Below are positions 9,572 to 19,947 of a stretch of 64,000 nucleotides of DNA, piece after piece. Under the pieces are notes generated by a model. It worked only from the letters and a program-made list of their open reading frames with translations, was not told where the DNA came from and made no database searches. The position numbers were made by a program, and so were the translations under genes. Source of the stretch: Candidatus Latescibacterota bacterium (lineage in GTDB: Bacteria > Latescibacterota > UBA2968 > UBA8231); NCBI GenBank assembly GCA_965206595.1, contig OZ242214.1, positions 2,336,001-2,400,000 of the forward strand, read 5' to 3'. How positions within the stretch are numbered: position 1 is the stretch's first letter; every line of letters begins with the position of its first letter.

Positions 9572-9904
9572 CTACTCAAACTTCAGCGAGGCCTTGATCC
9601 TTCCCCAGGTACTGCCCTCGACTGCGGTGCCTTCCGGCTCGATTGGAAGCAGGACCCCGTCGTGAAGGCCATCCCCTCGAAGGAGCGCCCCGCCTCTACC
9701 CACTCCCTCCAGCTGCCAGACCTTCGAATCGCGATGGACTTGGGGCGGGTCATAGTCCCTTACCTCAACTGAAAAGCCGATGACCCGTCCCGCTGTCAGA
9801 TCGCTGACCACGTTATCCTCGCTGCTATCCCACCCATTCCCCCACCAGTCGAACGGGGTGACGTACAGCTCTATGGCGCTGATGAACGGCGCTTCGCCGG
9901 CCAC
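9572..9904 (-). pseudogene. C-terminal fragment of a secreted CBM9-like protein with a 'TAVEGSTWGRIKAS' terminal motif
   Basis: IELYVTPFD...LTAGRVIGFSVEVRDYD...DGVLL...TAVEGSTWGRIKASLKFE*; no signal peptide or N-terminal part. Confidence 0.55.
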
Positions 9905-10226
9905 ACTTCCGCTCCCTTCGCCATAGGGAGGAAATAGCGTCCATGCGTCCCCTCTCCCAAAGATCGGCCCGCTATCCAGGATCGGTCCGCTGGCGGAAAT
10001 GGCAATCGCATTGTAATGCTGGGTTTGGCCGAAAGATTCCGCCCAATCCTCTGATGAGCAGTCTCTTGAATAACATCCCTCACCTCCGCTGTGATCTCCG
10101 TCGATGGTCAGCTCTATGCAATCATTATTGATTCTCTCGTAAAAACCCCTCTCTCACAGCCCCGATAATCAGGGATTCTTGGTATATTGGGGTATTCCAA
10201 TCCGTCACACACTTCCTCTCTAGTGG

Positions 10227-11943
10227 ATGGGGCTGATGTTTCGTAAGAAGGATTCGCAACGCACCCTGTTCGAGAGTCGCAACCTGGTGCCTCCGGCCAA
10301 GCAGCGGCGCCTGCAGGCGAGCTGGGCCGAGACCTTTCGCGCGCACGCCTTGCCGCTGATCGACGAAGAACAGTTCGCGCCCTTGTATTGCGACGACAAC
10401 GGTCGTCCCAACCAGCCGGTGGCGACGGTCTTGGGCGTGCTTCTGCTCAAGGAGATGTTTGCGCTGACCGACGTCGAGGCGCTGGAGCAGCTGGAGTTCA
10501 GCCTGTTGTGGCAGCACGCCCTGGAGCTGACCCCGGACGAGGCCCACCTGGCGCAGAAGACGAGGACTAACAACGTCCTGACGCTGCACAACTTCCGCGC
10601 TGGCTTGCTGACCCATGACCGCGGCCGGCAGGCCTTCGAGGCGACTACGGATGGCATTCTCCAAGCGCTGGGTACGAAGGTCACCCGGCAACGTCTGGAC
10701 TCCACCCATGTGCTCAGCAACATCGCGGTGTTGTCGCGTCTGGGGCTGTTGTGTGAGACCCTCCGTCACTTTCTGAAGACCCTGGCCGCGGAGCATCCGC
10801 GCCTGTACGGGCGGGTGCCGAAGCGCCTGCGCGAGCGCTACCTGAAGGAGGACGGCAGCGCCACGGCCTACCAGGACGCGCCCTCCGGCACGGGCAAGAG
10901 GCGGTTGCCGGTGTGCGCCCGCGACCTCTACCGTCTCCATCAGCTGTGTGCGGGCACCGCGGCCGAGGGCCTGGCATCCTACGCGCTGCTGCAGCGCCTG
11001 CTGTGGGAGCAGTGTGAGGTGATCGCGGACAAGCAGCGCCCCTCGACCGAGGACGACGACGCCGGCGAAGGCGGCGTGCCGGTGGCGCTGAAGGCGCCGG
11101 AGCACGTCGGCAGCGACTCGCTGCAAAGCCCTCATGATGCCGAGGCCACCTACAACGCCCGCAAGGGCAAAGGGTATGAGGTGCAGATCGCCGAGACCTG
11201 CGTCGAGGCCGACGACGACCAGGCCGACGACGACCAGACTGACACCGTGAACAGGATCACCCACGTAGCGGTGACCGCTGCCTGCGCCAGTGACGAGCAC
11301 TTTGACGATGCCGGTGCTGGAGGCCCTCGAAGATCGCGGGCAGCGACCCGACGAGCTGGTCGCCGACACCGCCTTCGGCTCGGGCGACCATGCCATCCAC
11401 GCCGAACGCCTCGGCACCGAGTTGGTCAGCCCGGTCAAAGGCCCCCAGGTCGACGTCGAGGAGCGGCCCGATACGGTGACCGAGGCCGACTTCCTCGTCG
11501 AGGCCCGTCTCCGGGATCCGGCCATCTGCCCGGCCGGATACCTGGCCCGCGAGCAGACGCCGTGTGAGAAGAAGTCCCGTCACGTGGCCCTGACCTTCGA
11601 GCGCGAGGCCTGTGAGACCTGCGCCCTGCTTTCCGTCTGTCCGGTGAAACGGGACAGGACCCGGGACGGCTACGCCGTGACCGTGGACCTGAAAGCCGTC
11701 AACCTCGAACGTCGCCGACGCGCCATCGCCAGCGGCGCCTTCCGGGAGCGCTATCGCATTCGCGCCGGCATCGAGGCCACGGTCTCGGAACTGAAACGAA
11801 GACACGGGCTGGGCGCCCTGCGCGTGCGCGGGCGTTGGCGCGTGGAGTTGGCCGTCTACCTCAAAGCCCTGGCCTGCAATATCAAGAGAATGGTGCGGGC
11901 GCTTACGCCCAAACCCGAAGCCATAGTTCCGGCGATGGGCTGA
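10227..11943 (+). pseudogene. IS1182-like DDE transposase, frameshift near 11300
   Basis: N-terminal GRPNQP..LLLKEMF, LDSTH, ADTAFG, YRIRAGIEATVSELKR; split over two frames. Confidence 0.8.
10559..10583. repeat. 17-bp mini inverted-repeat insert flanked by GACG duplication, inside the transposase
   Basis: GACG-AGGACtaacaacGTCCT-GACG; adds 21 bp in frame. Confidence 0.6.
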
Positions 11944-12130
11944 AAAAGGGAACGGAGGTCCCTTTCGGTGCCGGAAAAAGGCCTTATAAGCCCGATTCGA
12001 GGCCATCGGACGATAGAGCGCTGAAGCTGCTTGAATAGCGCCGCATTCTCGATTCTTTTCATGTTGGTGAAACTTAAGTTTCAAGGAAAACCCCTGTCTG
12101 TGAAAACGGGGTTGTTACGAGGGAGTCAAG

Positions 12131-12571
12131 GTTGATGTTGATTCTGTCATGACAGCGCATCAGTTCAACCCGGTTTTCAGGAATGCTGTTGAATTCCTGT
12201 TCCCGACTGCTCAAGACCTACAGGTAGGCGTTGTGATCGGTGCACCATTGATGAAAGGTTGGCTTGCCGTTCCCCAAAACGCATGGCGGGAGAGTCCTCC
12301 CGATTGGATGGACGAGATTTTCAAGGCGTCCTATTTCAGGTTCCTTGATATTCATGCGGACGCTGATATTCCCATGGCAGAACTCTGTATCCGCTGGATG
12401 CTTTCCGAGCAAAAGCAACAGTCCATCGTTGTTGGTTTCAGTAATCTCCAAGAAGTCGAATTCAATATGTCTGCTGCGCTTCGTGGAGTACTCCCGGACG
12501 ACCTCAACGCTGCGATAGAGGAGGTTGGGATTGTTCATCCTCTCATCTATCAAGGGCGGACACGGATCTGA
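12131..12571 (+). pseudogene. Aldo/keto reductase C-terminal fragment truncated by the IS
   Basis: VGVVIGAPLMKGWL, AELCIRWML, IVVGFSNLQEV; starts at the IS end; lower GC. Confidence 0.65.
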
Positions 12572-12608
12572 AGCCACGAATAGAACAAGGAGATTCGCAC
12601 AATGTGGC

Positions 12609-12868
12609 AGGCTCTCACTACCAACCACGATGGCCACCGGCTGGCGGTAATCGGCATCGGTGTATTCGCACTCGGCATCCGGATGCGCGGCAACGATGCG
12701 AATGTCCCGTACGCCAAGCCAGGCGCGAATCTCCGGTGCCGTGGCAACCGACACTGGGACACTGAACACGGTTCCCACGCTGGCACGGACCACGTTCGGG
12801 TTGGACACGTCGGTCGCGGGATCCGCGATCAGGACGCCGCTCGCCCCGGCGGCATCCGCGCTGCACAA
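12609..12868 (-). pseudogene. TrmH/SpoU RNA methyltransferase internal fragment
   Basis: SADAAG...NPNVVRASVG...AIVVGSE; both ends missing. Confidence 0.75.
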
Positions 12869-12872
12869 CGTT

Positions 12873-13254
12873 CCGCCCGACCATTATCGGCCGGACCGCT
12901 ACAACTCCGTGGATCCATTCGGCGGGCGGCGGAGGCCCACAGACTCCGTTCTACCAGCCCCTGGTTGGACCTTATGTGTCCTCGGTGGGCATCGGTGGCT
13001 ACAACCATGGCACCGAAGCCCGACCCATCGGTGAGCTTTACATCGAAATGGCCAAGGAGTTCGACATACCCAGGCGCATCGAGATCAAGAGCCAGATTGT
13101 CGACTACTTGCACTACGAGGCCCTGGTGATCGGGACGCTCGCGGTCCCCAACAACATCACCTACAACCCGAACTCCTTCGCCGCGTGGCCGATGCCGCGG
13201 AGCGTGGGAGAAAGGCCCTGGCAGTATCCCGAGTACATCCAGCTGCACAAGTGA
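12873..13254 (+). pseudogene. C-terminal fragment of a probable family-5 ABC substrate-binding protein
   Basis: ELYIEMAKEFDIPRRIEIKSQIVDYLHYEALVIG-type C-terminus followed by a terminator. Confidence 0.45.
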
Positions 13255-13291
13255 CCATGTGACGGTCGCTCGAACCAGTTCGAGGCATAAG

Positions 13292-13351
13292 AACTCCCCC
13301 CTCGCGGGAAGGCTGCAACGGGCCTCCTCTCACGAGGGGGGAGTTTTTTTT
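13292..13351 (+). terminator. Intrinsic terminator
   Basis: AACTCCCCCCTCG...CGAGGGGGGAGTT hairpin ending in T8. Confidence 0.75.
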
Positions 13352-13395
13352 GGCTAATGAGGCGCAGGCCCGTAACCCTGGCTGGGTTGCTTAAA

Positions 13396-13498
13396 CTATT
13401 CGTCGGCGATGCGGAACGAGTAGAGTTCCGCATTCCTCATCCAGAAGCGCAACTTAACGCACCACGGGACCTCGTTCATCTCTGACCGGCTCTCCCAG
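13396..13498 (-). pseudogene. C-terminal fragment of a beta-propeller/glycosidase-like protein, cut by IS5
   Basis: VKLRFWMRNAELYSFRI* resembles the LRFxxRxAxLYSF terminus of such proteins. Confidence 0.45.
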
Positions 13499-14352
13499 GA
13501 ACCTATCTCAAAATAGGCAAACTTAAACTTGTTTTCGAAATGACAGTGATGTACCATTGGTGTATGGTCAATCTGACCGACATGCAATGGCAACGAATCC
13601 GCCATCACTTTCCTGAAGAACTTCGTCCCAAGAGGCATCCGGGTCGCAAACCGGTTTGCACCCGTGATGTTTTTGAAGCCGTCCTTTGGATTCTAAACAC
13701 CGGGGCTCAATGGCATATGTTGCCGCAGTGCTATCCGAACTACAAAACCGTGCATCGCCGTTTTCAAAACGGGTGTCGTCAAGGGGTGGTGCGCGAAGTT
13801 CTCATGGACCTGGCCCAGACCCTTCACGAGCAAGGGGGCCTGGACGAATCGGAGGCTTTCATCGACGGCATGTTCTCGGCGGCCAAGGGTGGAGGTGCCG
13901 ATATCGGCCACACCAAGCGAGGTAAGGGGGTGCGGGTCATGGGGATCGTGGACGGCAATGGGCTTCCCTTGTCGGTGAGCACGCATGCAGCGAACCATCA
14001 TGAAGTGACGCTGGTTCAGTTGACCTTTGACTTTTACCTGATCGAAGACCAACCTGACAACTTGATCGGTGACAAAGCGTACGACAGCGATTCGTTGGAT
14101 GAAGAACGTAAGAAAGACGGGATCGAGATGATCGCCCCGCATCGCCAGAATCGGACCAAGAAAAAGACTCAGGACGGACGGCGATTGCGGCGTTATGTGC
14201 GGCCTTGGATGGTTGAGAGATTCTTTGCTTGGCTTCAATGGCAGCGTCGAGTGATCACTCGCTGGGAATTGTATCCGGAGAATTTTCTTGGCTTCGTCCA
14301 ACTTGCATCCATTTTGATTTTACTTAAACAATCTCAATTTTGAGATAGGTTC
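13499..14352 (+). mobile_element. IS5-family insertion sequence
   Basis: Perfect 16-bp TIR GAACCTATCTCAAAAT at 13499-13514 and 14337-14352; no target duplication seen. Confidence 0.92.
13564..14343 (+). CDS. IS5-family transposase
   Basis: LTDMQW, LNTGAQW, FIDG, IGDKAYDS, WMVERFFAWL. Confidence 0.92.
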   Translation: MVNLTDMQWQRIRHHFPEELRPKRHPGRKPVCTRDVFEAVLWILNTGAQWHMLPQCYPNYKTVHRRFQNGCRQGVVREVLMDLAQTLHEQGGLDESEAFIDGMFSAAKGGGADIGHTKRGKGVRVMGIVDGNGLPLSVSTHAANHHEVTLVQLTFDFYLIEDQPDNLIGDKAYDSDSLDEERKKDGIEMIAPHRQNRTKKKTQDGRRLRRYVRPWMVERFFAWLQWQRRVITRWELYPENFLGFVQLASILILLKQSQF

Positions 14353-14562
14353 GGTGGTCTTTTTCTGTGGTATAGGCCAAGTCGAACGAACTGAGCTTGG
14401 GCCATCTGGACTATCTCCTTTTGTTTCTTATCCTGAATCCGTGAACGCTTCTATAGGAAATGTTATTGTGGCATGGATTAGTTATCCTAATTGCACACCT
14501 TTGCATTCGCAAGCATTTTGGGTACTCTGGCCAAATTTCCACTATAAAGATAACCGGATTAT

Positions 14563-14664
14563 GCTTTTTAGAACGCTGAATGAGCGGTCGTCCAGGATGG
14601 CGGGAAACCGCAGGTCCTGCCGGAAGTTCTCGAAGAATAGCCCCTCACGGAGGCCGCAGGCGGA
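14563..14664 (-). pseudogene. Ppx/GppA phosphatase internal fragment
   Basis: SACGLREGLFFENFRQDLRFPAILDDRSFSVL contains the SxxGLREG motif; ~34 codons only. Confidence 0.55.
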
Positions 14665-14680
14665 TTCTCGTGAACAGAAC

Positions 14681-16477
14681 CTACCAGCCGAAAGCGTAGC
14701 CGATGCTCCCCTTCGCCGAAGCGGCCCCTGAAATCACCCCGGATTTCCCGTCGCGGCGGATCGCCAGCACCTTGCCGTTCGACCAGCCGGGACGCGGCGA
14801 CACGCGGTGCCCGCGCCGCTCCAGCTCTTCCAGCACCGCGGCCGGAATCCTCTCCTCCGCGGCCACTTCTCCGGGAAACGCGGCGCGCGGGTAGAAGGAG
14901 GAGGGGAAGTGCAGGGAGTGCACGCTCGGGGCGTCGAGGGCCTCCTGCAGGTTCATCCCGAAGTCGACGTGGTTGAGGAAGAACTGCAGGGTCCACTGGT
15001 CCTGCGAGTCGCCGCCCGGGGTCCCGAAGACCATCAGGGGGTCGCCGTCCCGCATCACCAGGGTCGGGGTCAGGGTCGCCCGCGGCCGTTTGTGAGGCGC
15101 CAAAGCGTTGGGTCGCTCCGGATTGAGGTAGAACATCTGGCCGCGGGTGCCCAGCGGAAATCCCAGCCCCTCGATCACCGGCGAGGTCCCCAGCCAGCCG
15201 CCGCTCGGGGTCGCCGCCACCATGTTCCCCTCGGCGTCGACGGCGTCGAGGTGGGTGGTGTCCCCGAGGTGGGCGTGGCCCAGCCCGAGGTCCTTGACCT
15301 CGCGCGCCGCCACCTCGAGGGCGCGGCGGTTGTCCTCGGCCACGTCGCCAAGGGCGTATTCCGGAACCCCGCCGCCCGCCGCTCCCGGCCGCATCTCCAG
15401 GGACGCGGTTTCCCCGATCAGCTCCCGGCGTTGCACCGCGTACTCCTTCGACAGCAGGGTGTCGAACGGCACCTCGTCGTGCAGCGGGTCCCCGTACCAG
15501 GCCTCGCGGTCGGCGAAGGCAAGCTTCGAGCACTCTATCACCAGGTGCAGGTAGTCGGCGGAGTTGTGCTCCATCCCGGCCAGGTCGAACCCCTCGAGCA
15601 GGGTGAGCTGCTGCAGGAAGACCGGCCCCTGGGTCCAGGAGGAGCACTTGTGGACGTCGAGGCCGCGGTAGTCGACGCCGACCGGCTCGTCCAGCCGCGG
15701 CTCCCAGGCGGCCATGTCGTCGAGGGTCAGGAGGCCGGCGTGCTCGCTGCCGCTGGCGTCGGCTATCGGGTTCTCGATGAAGGAGACGATGGTCTCGGCG
15801 ATCTCGCCGCGGTAGAACAGGTCGGCCGTGGCCTCGATGCCTGCCACCCGGCCCTTCGCGCTCCCCTCCCGGTCGGCGCGGCTCATCTTCTTGAGGACCT
15901 CGGCCCAGTCCGGATTCCGCAGCAGCTCACCGGCTGCCGGCGGCGACCCTCCGGGCAGGTACACGCGGCCCGTGGTCGGGTACTGGTCGCGGTACTTGGC
16001 GGCGTTGTTGCGCAGCGACGCGGCCAGGTCCGGGTACACGGGGAAGCCGTTCTCCGCCAGGTCGATGGCCGGCTCGAGGATCTGCGCGAACCCGAGCCTG
16101 CCGAAGCGGGCAACGGCGAGCGCCCAGGAGCCGACCACCGCGGGCACGCAGGCCGGCAGGTACCCGTCCCCGGGCACCAGGTCGATGCCCTGCTCCCGGC
16201 ACCAGTCGATGGTGAACGCCTGCGGCGACCAGCCCATGCCGCTGAGCTCGAACACCCGCTTCTCCTCCGCCGAGTAGATCAGCGTCGGCACCTCGCCCCC
16301 GATGCCGTTGCTCTGCGGCTCCAGCAGGTTGAGGCAGAAGCACATCGCCGCGGCCGCGTCGATGGCGTTGCCCCCCTGCTCCATGATGCGGAAACCCGCT
16401 GCCGTGGCCAGGTAGTGACCGGAGGTGACCACACCCCTCTTCCCCATCACTACCGGACGTGTGGTGAAAGCTGCCAT
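14681..16477 (-). CDS. ggt: Gamma-glutamyltransferase family protein
   Basis: GGNAIDAA, catalytic DTTH, RPRATLTP, GTPGGDSQ. Confidence 0.92.
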   Translation of the reverse strand: MAAFTTRPVVMGKRGVVTSGHYLATAAGFRIMEQGGNAIDAAAAMCFCLNLLEPQSNGIGGEVPTLIYSAEEKRVFELSGMGWSPQAFTIDWCREQGIDLVPGDGYLPACVPAVVGSWALAVARFGRLGFAQILEPAIDLAENGFPVYPDLAASLRNNAAKYRDQYPTTGRVYLPGGSPPAAGELLRNPDWAEVLKKMSRADREGSAKGRVAGIEATADLFYRGEIAETIVSFIENPIADASGSEHAGLLTLDDMAAWEPRLDEPVGVDYRGLDVHKCSSWTQGPVFLQQLTLLEGFDLAGMEHNSADYLHLVIECSKLAFADREAWYGDPLHDEVPFDTLLSKEYAVQRRELIGETASLEMRPGAAGGGVPEYALGDVAEDNRRALEVAAREVKDLGLGHAHLGDTTHLDAVDAEGNMVAATPSGGWLGTSPVIEGLGFPLGTRGQMFYLNPERPNALAPHKRPRATLTPTLVMRDGDPLMVFGTPGGDSQDQWTLQFFLNHVDFGMNLQEALDAPSVHSLHFPSSFYPRAAFPGEVAAEERIPAAVLEELERRGHRVSPRPGWSNGKVLAIRRDGKSGVISGAASAKGSIGYAFGW

Positions 16478-16759
16478 TTGCGTCTCCTGTGTTCTTTTTT
16501 CGTTCGATTGACCGGTTGATTACAGCGCTCCGACTCCGTCGCTACCGCGCAACCGGGTGTACTGCGTTTTCCGGGCAAGTCCCGGCGTGCGGTGCCAGGC
16601 AAGTCAGCCGGATGATCTCCGTTTGACCGCATCAGCCGTCAGGTGCGGCGGCGTTGGGGGCGAAGTTGGAGCGGTGCCTCCCGGGCTCCGACCCATTTCC
16701 AGTGAACCTCTCCCTGCGAGACTACCATTCCTCTTCTTGCGCCATATCCCGAAAGTGGA

Positions 16760-17761
16760 TCAGGGCCCCCGGCGAAAGGCGGTGTCATCGGGCGTCTCCT
16801 CCTCCCGGGCATGCAGTCCATCGAAGGCTCCCAGGACCCCGCGGCCGTTGCGCACCGTGTTGGTTGCCAGCTCGACGGCCGCGACGACCGCATCGACGAG
16901 GCTCTCGCCGCGGCTCAGTCCGTGAACAAGGCGGCCGTTCAGGGTGTCCCCCGCCCCGACCGAGTTCGTCCCGTAAACCGGAACTGCCGGCACCGTTCCG
17001 GATTCACCGGCGCGGCTGGCGAACAAGGCCCCGCGGCTTCCCCTCTTGACGACCACCCACTGCGGCCCGGTCTCCAGGGCCGCGTCGGCCAGCTCTTCCG
17101 GGGTATCCGCCGGAAGCCAGTGGCTCAGCTCCTCTTCGGTGGCGACGAGGCCGTCGATCAGCGCCCACAGGCCAATCATCTGCTCCGGAGACACCCTCCC
17201 CGCGAACCAGGGACTCGGATCGAACACTACCCTGCCACCGCGCCCCCTCGCGCCTGAGAACAGCTCCTGCAGGCTGTCGACGTCCCCACCCTCGACGCCG
17301 CCGTACCCCGACGCCAGCAGCCAGTCCGGCGCTTCGCCGCCGGAACGCAGCCACTCGACCTTCTCCCCCGGGTAATAGGCGGAGCGCCTGCGGCCCGCGG
17401 CGTCGAGCTGCACGACGTGGACCGCAGGCGCCTCCGGGGGCGGGTCCGCGGTAACGAGGCTGACGCCCGCTCCGCTGAGCCAGGACGCGGCCAGGGATCC
17501 GGGCCCGTCGCCGCCGATGTTGCTGTTGAGGCTGACGCTGTTTCCGAGGCGCCCGAGCACCCAGGCCGGCGCCGCGCCGCAGCCGCCGAGGGTGATCTCG
17601 ATGGGATCGTCGAGCAGCAGGGTGTTCGCGCCCCAAGTGTCGGCCGCTTCCGCGGGCAGCCCCGCCGGGGAGCGGACCAGCACGTCGAGGGCGCTGTTGC
17701 CGGCGACGTGAACCCGGGCCCGCAACCGCTCCTCCTGCCCGGGTAACCGCTGCTCAGCCAC
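16760..17761 (-). CDS. PfkB-family carbohydrate kinase
   Basis: VVFDP, VVKRGSRG, NSVGAGD. Confidence 0.85.
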   Translation of the reverse strand: MAEQRLPGQEERLRARVHVAGNSALDVLVRSPAGLPAEAADTWGANTLLLDDPIEITLGGCGAAPAWVLGRLGNSVSLNSNIGGDGPGSLAASWLSGAGVSLVTADPPPEAPAVHVVQLDAAGRRRSAYYPGEKVEWLRSGGEAPDWLLASGYGGVEGGDVDSLQELFSGARGRGGRVVFDPSPWFAGRVSPEQMIGLWALIDGLVATEEELSHWLPADTPEELADAALETGPQWVVVKRGSRGALFASRAGESGTVPAVPVYGTNSVGAGDTLNGRLVHGLSRGESLVDAVVAAVELATNTVRNGRGVLGAFDGLHAREEETPDDTAFRRGP

Positions 17762-18281
17762 CGCCCTCCGCCCGCCGGGCAGCGGGAAATTCCAGCTGCC
17801 CCTGCAAGAGGGACTCCGCCGCTGAATCGCTGGCGGTCACCCGGTCCCCGACGCGAATCAGCCCTCCCTTGACCACCGGGCCGAAGACGCCGCCCCGCAT
17901 GCGGACCGAGAGCATCTTCCGCAGTCCGGCGCGGGCTTCGTTCATGCGGTCGCACGGAGTGGTCTCCCCACGGATCAGCAGCTCCGCCTCGCCGACGCGC
18001 AGGCGCCGTCCAATGGTGCCGGCGAGGTCCCCGCCGATCAGCAGGTTGGCGCGCCGCGTCTCCGCAGGCAGCTCTCCGGCGAACGGGGCCGTCGCCTCCT
18101 GCCAGGACTGCTGCGACAGCATCGTTACCGCCCGGTGGGGGTTGCGGGGATGGTCGCCTGCCAGCCCCCGGCCGACCACGGCCTCGACTTCGGACAGGGC
18201 GGTGGCCGGCGCCCGCTGTTCCGGAAAGACGAAGATCGCCAGCACTTCCCCTACCAGCCCTTCGGGATGCCCATCCGCCAT
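17754..18281 (-). CDS. MOSC domain protein
   Basis: RRANLLI, TTPCDRM, RGGVFG..VKGGLIRVGD. Confidence 0.88.
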   Translation of the reverse strand: MADGHPEGLVGEVLAIFVFPEQRAPATALSEVEAVVGRGLAGDHPRNPHRAVTMLSQQSWQEATAPFAGELPAETRRANLLIGGDLAGTIGRRLRVGEAELLIRGETTPCDRMNEARAGLRKMLSVRMRGGVFGPVVKGGLIRVGDRVTASDSAAESLLQGQLEFPAARRAEGGG

Positions 18282-18291
18282 CGAGGCACTC

Positions 18292-19929
18292 CTATTTCTC
18301 CGGGCAGTCCAGCTCGCGGCTCAGGAGGCGGGCGTTGATACTGTAGTCGACGGGGATTTCGACGACGTGGACGCCGGGGTGGTAGAGACCGTGGCGCAGC
18401 ACCGGCTCCAGGTCCTGCGTCTTCTTAATGCGGTGCCCGTGCGCCCCGTAGCTCTCCGCATAGCGGACGAAATCCGGGTTTCCGTAGTCGAGCCCGAAAT
18501 CCGGCAGCCCCATGTCCTGCTGCTTCCACTTGATCATGCCGTAGCCGTCGTCCTTGAGGACGACGACGACGAGGTTCAGGCCGAGGCGGACCGCGGTCTC
18601 CAGCTCCTGGGAGTTCATCATGAAGCCGCCGTCCCCGCAGACCGCCATCACCTTCTCGTCAGGGTTGCAGATCTTGGCCGCCATCGCCGAGGGCAGGCCG
18701 GCCCCCATGGCCGCCAGCGAGTTGTCGAGGAGCACGGTGTTGGGGGCGTGCGCCTGGTAGTTGAGGGCGAACCAGATCTTGTACACGCCGTTGTCGAGGG
18801 CGAGGATACCGGTGTCGGGCATCACCGCGCGCACCGCCGAGACCAGCCGCGGCGGCAGCACCGGGAAGGAATCGTCGTGCTCGCCCTCCCGCAGCCGCAC
18901 CTCGGCGTACTTCCTGACCTTGGCGAAGTAATCGAAATCCCAGGTATCCTGCCGCTGCAGCCGCTGCATGATCTGCCACAGGCTGTTGCCGATGTCGCCG
19001 ATCACCTCGTGGCCGGGGAAATAGACCGGATCGAAGGAGGCGGAGGAAAAGTTGATGTGGATGACCTCGAAGCCTCCGTGCTGCATGAAGAACGGGGGCT
19101 TCTCGACGACGTCGTGGCCGGCGTTGATGATCAGGTCGGCGTGCTCGATGGCGCAGTGCAGGTAGTCGTTGGCCGACAGCGCGGCGTTGCCGAGATAGAG
19201 GGGGTGGCGCTCGTCGACCACCCCCTTTCCCATCTGGGTGCTGAAGAACGGCATGCCGGTCTTGTCGATGAACTGCGACAGCATGCGGGAGGTGCGCTTG
19301 CGGTTGGAGCCGGCGCCGGTGACCAGCAGCGGGCGCTTGGCCGCGGCGATCATCTCGGCCGCCCGGGCGACCGCCTTTTCCTCGGCGATCGGCCGCCGCG
19401 GCCGGTCCTTGGGAAACAGCGGCACGTCGACCTCCTCGGCGGCGATGTCTTCGGGCAGCTCGAGATGAACGGCGCCGGGGCGTTCTTCCTCGGCGACCCG
19501 GAAGGCCTTGCGCACCGTGGAGGGTATCAGGGCGCCGCTGACGATCTGCCGGGTGAACTTGGTCAGGGGCCGCATCATCTCGACGACGTCGACGATCTGG
19601 AACTGGCCCTGCTTGCTCGACTTTATCGGCTTCTGGCCGGTGATCATCATCATCGGCATCGCCCCGAGCTGGGCGTAGGCCGCGGCGGTGACGAAGTTGG
19701 TCGCCCCCGGCCCCAGGGTCGACAGGCAGACCCCGGTCTTGCCGGTCAGCCTGCCGCGGGTCGCCGCCATGAAGCCGGCCCCCTGCTCGTGGCGCGTCAG
19801 GATGAGCCGGATGCTGCTGGATTTCCGCAGGGAATCGAGCAGATCGAGATTCTCCTCCCCCGGGATGCCGAACACGAACTGGACGCCCTCGGCCTCGAGG
19901 GCCTTTACGAACAGGTCGGAAGCTTTCAT
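18292..19929 (-). CDS. Acetolactate synthase large subunit (TPP enzyme)
   Basis: FGIPGEEN, RHEQGA, TLGPGATN, GDGGFMMN. Confidence 0.92.
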   Translation of the reverse strand: MKASDLFVKALEAEGVQFVFGIPGEENLDLLDSLRKSSSIRLILTRHEQGAGFMAATRGRLTGKTGVCLSTLGPGATNFVTAAAYAQLGAMPMMMITGQKPIKSSKQGQFQIVDVVEMMRPLTKFTRQIVSGALIPSTVRKAFRVAEEERPGAVHLELPEDIAAEEVDVPLFPKDRPRRPIAEEKAVARAAEMIAAAKRPLLVTGAGSNRKRTSRMLSQFIDKTGMPFFSTQMGKGVVDERHPLYLGNAALSANDYLHCAIEHADLIINAGHDVVEKPPFFMQHGGFEVIHINFSSASFDPVYFPGHEVIGDIGNSLWQIMQRLQRQDTWDFDYFAKVRKYAEVRLREGEHDDSFPVLPPRLVSAVRAVMPDTGILALDNGVYKIWFALNYQAHAPNTVLLDNSLAAMGAGLPSAMAAKICNPDEKVMAVCGDGGFMMNSQELETAVRLGLNLVVVVLKDDGYGMIKWKQQDMGLPDFGLDYGNPDFVRYAESYGAHGHRIKKTQDLEPVLRHGLYHPGVHVVEIPVDYSINARLLSRELDCPEK

Positions 19930-19947
19930 CGCTGTTTTCCTTCTCCT

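Larger units (their letters stand above)
10128..12129 (+). mobile_element. IS1182-like insertion sequence
   Basis: 32-bp imperfect TIRs (TTGATTCTCTCGTAAAAACCCC... vs reverse complement TTGACTCCCTCGTAACAACCCC..., 6 mismatches); no target duplication seen. Confidence 0.8.

Noticed and set aside
11208-11237. 15-bp tandem duplication GCCGACGACGACCAG in the transposase
   Set aside because: Simple in-frame slippage in an acidic loop
10128-14352. Composite transposon bounded by the two IS elements
   Set aside because: Different IS families, no shared flanking duplication, cargo is only fragments
13396-14405. Removing IS5 joins an SD-preceded ATG (14405) in frame with the 13396 fragment, giving a 51-aa ORF
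   Set aside because: One-in-three chance of being in frame, no target duplication, and the halves look unrelated
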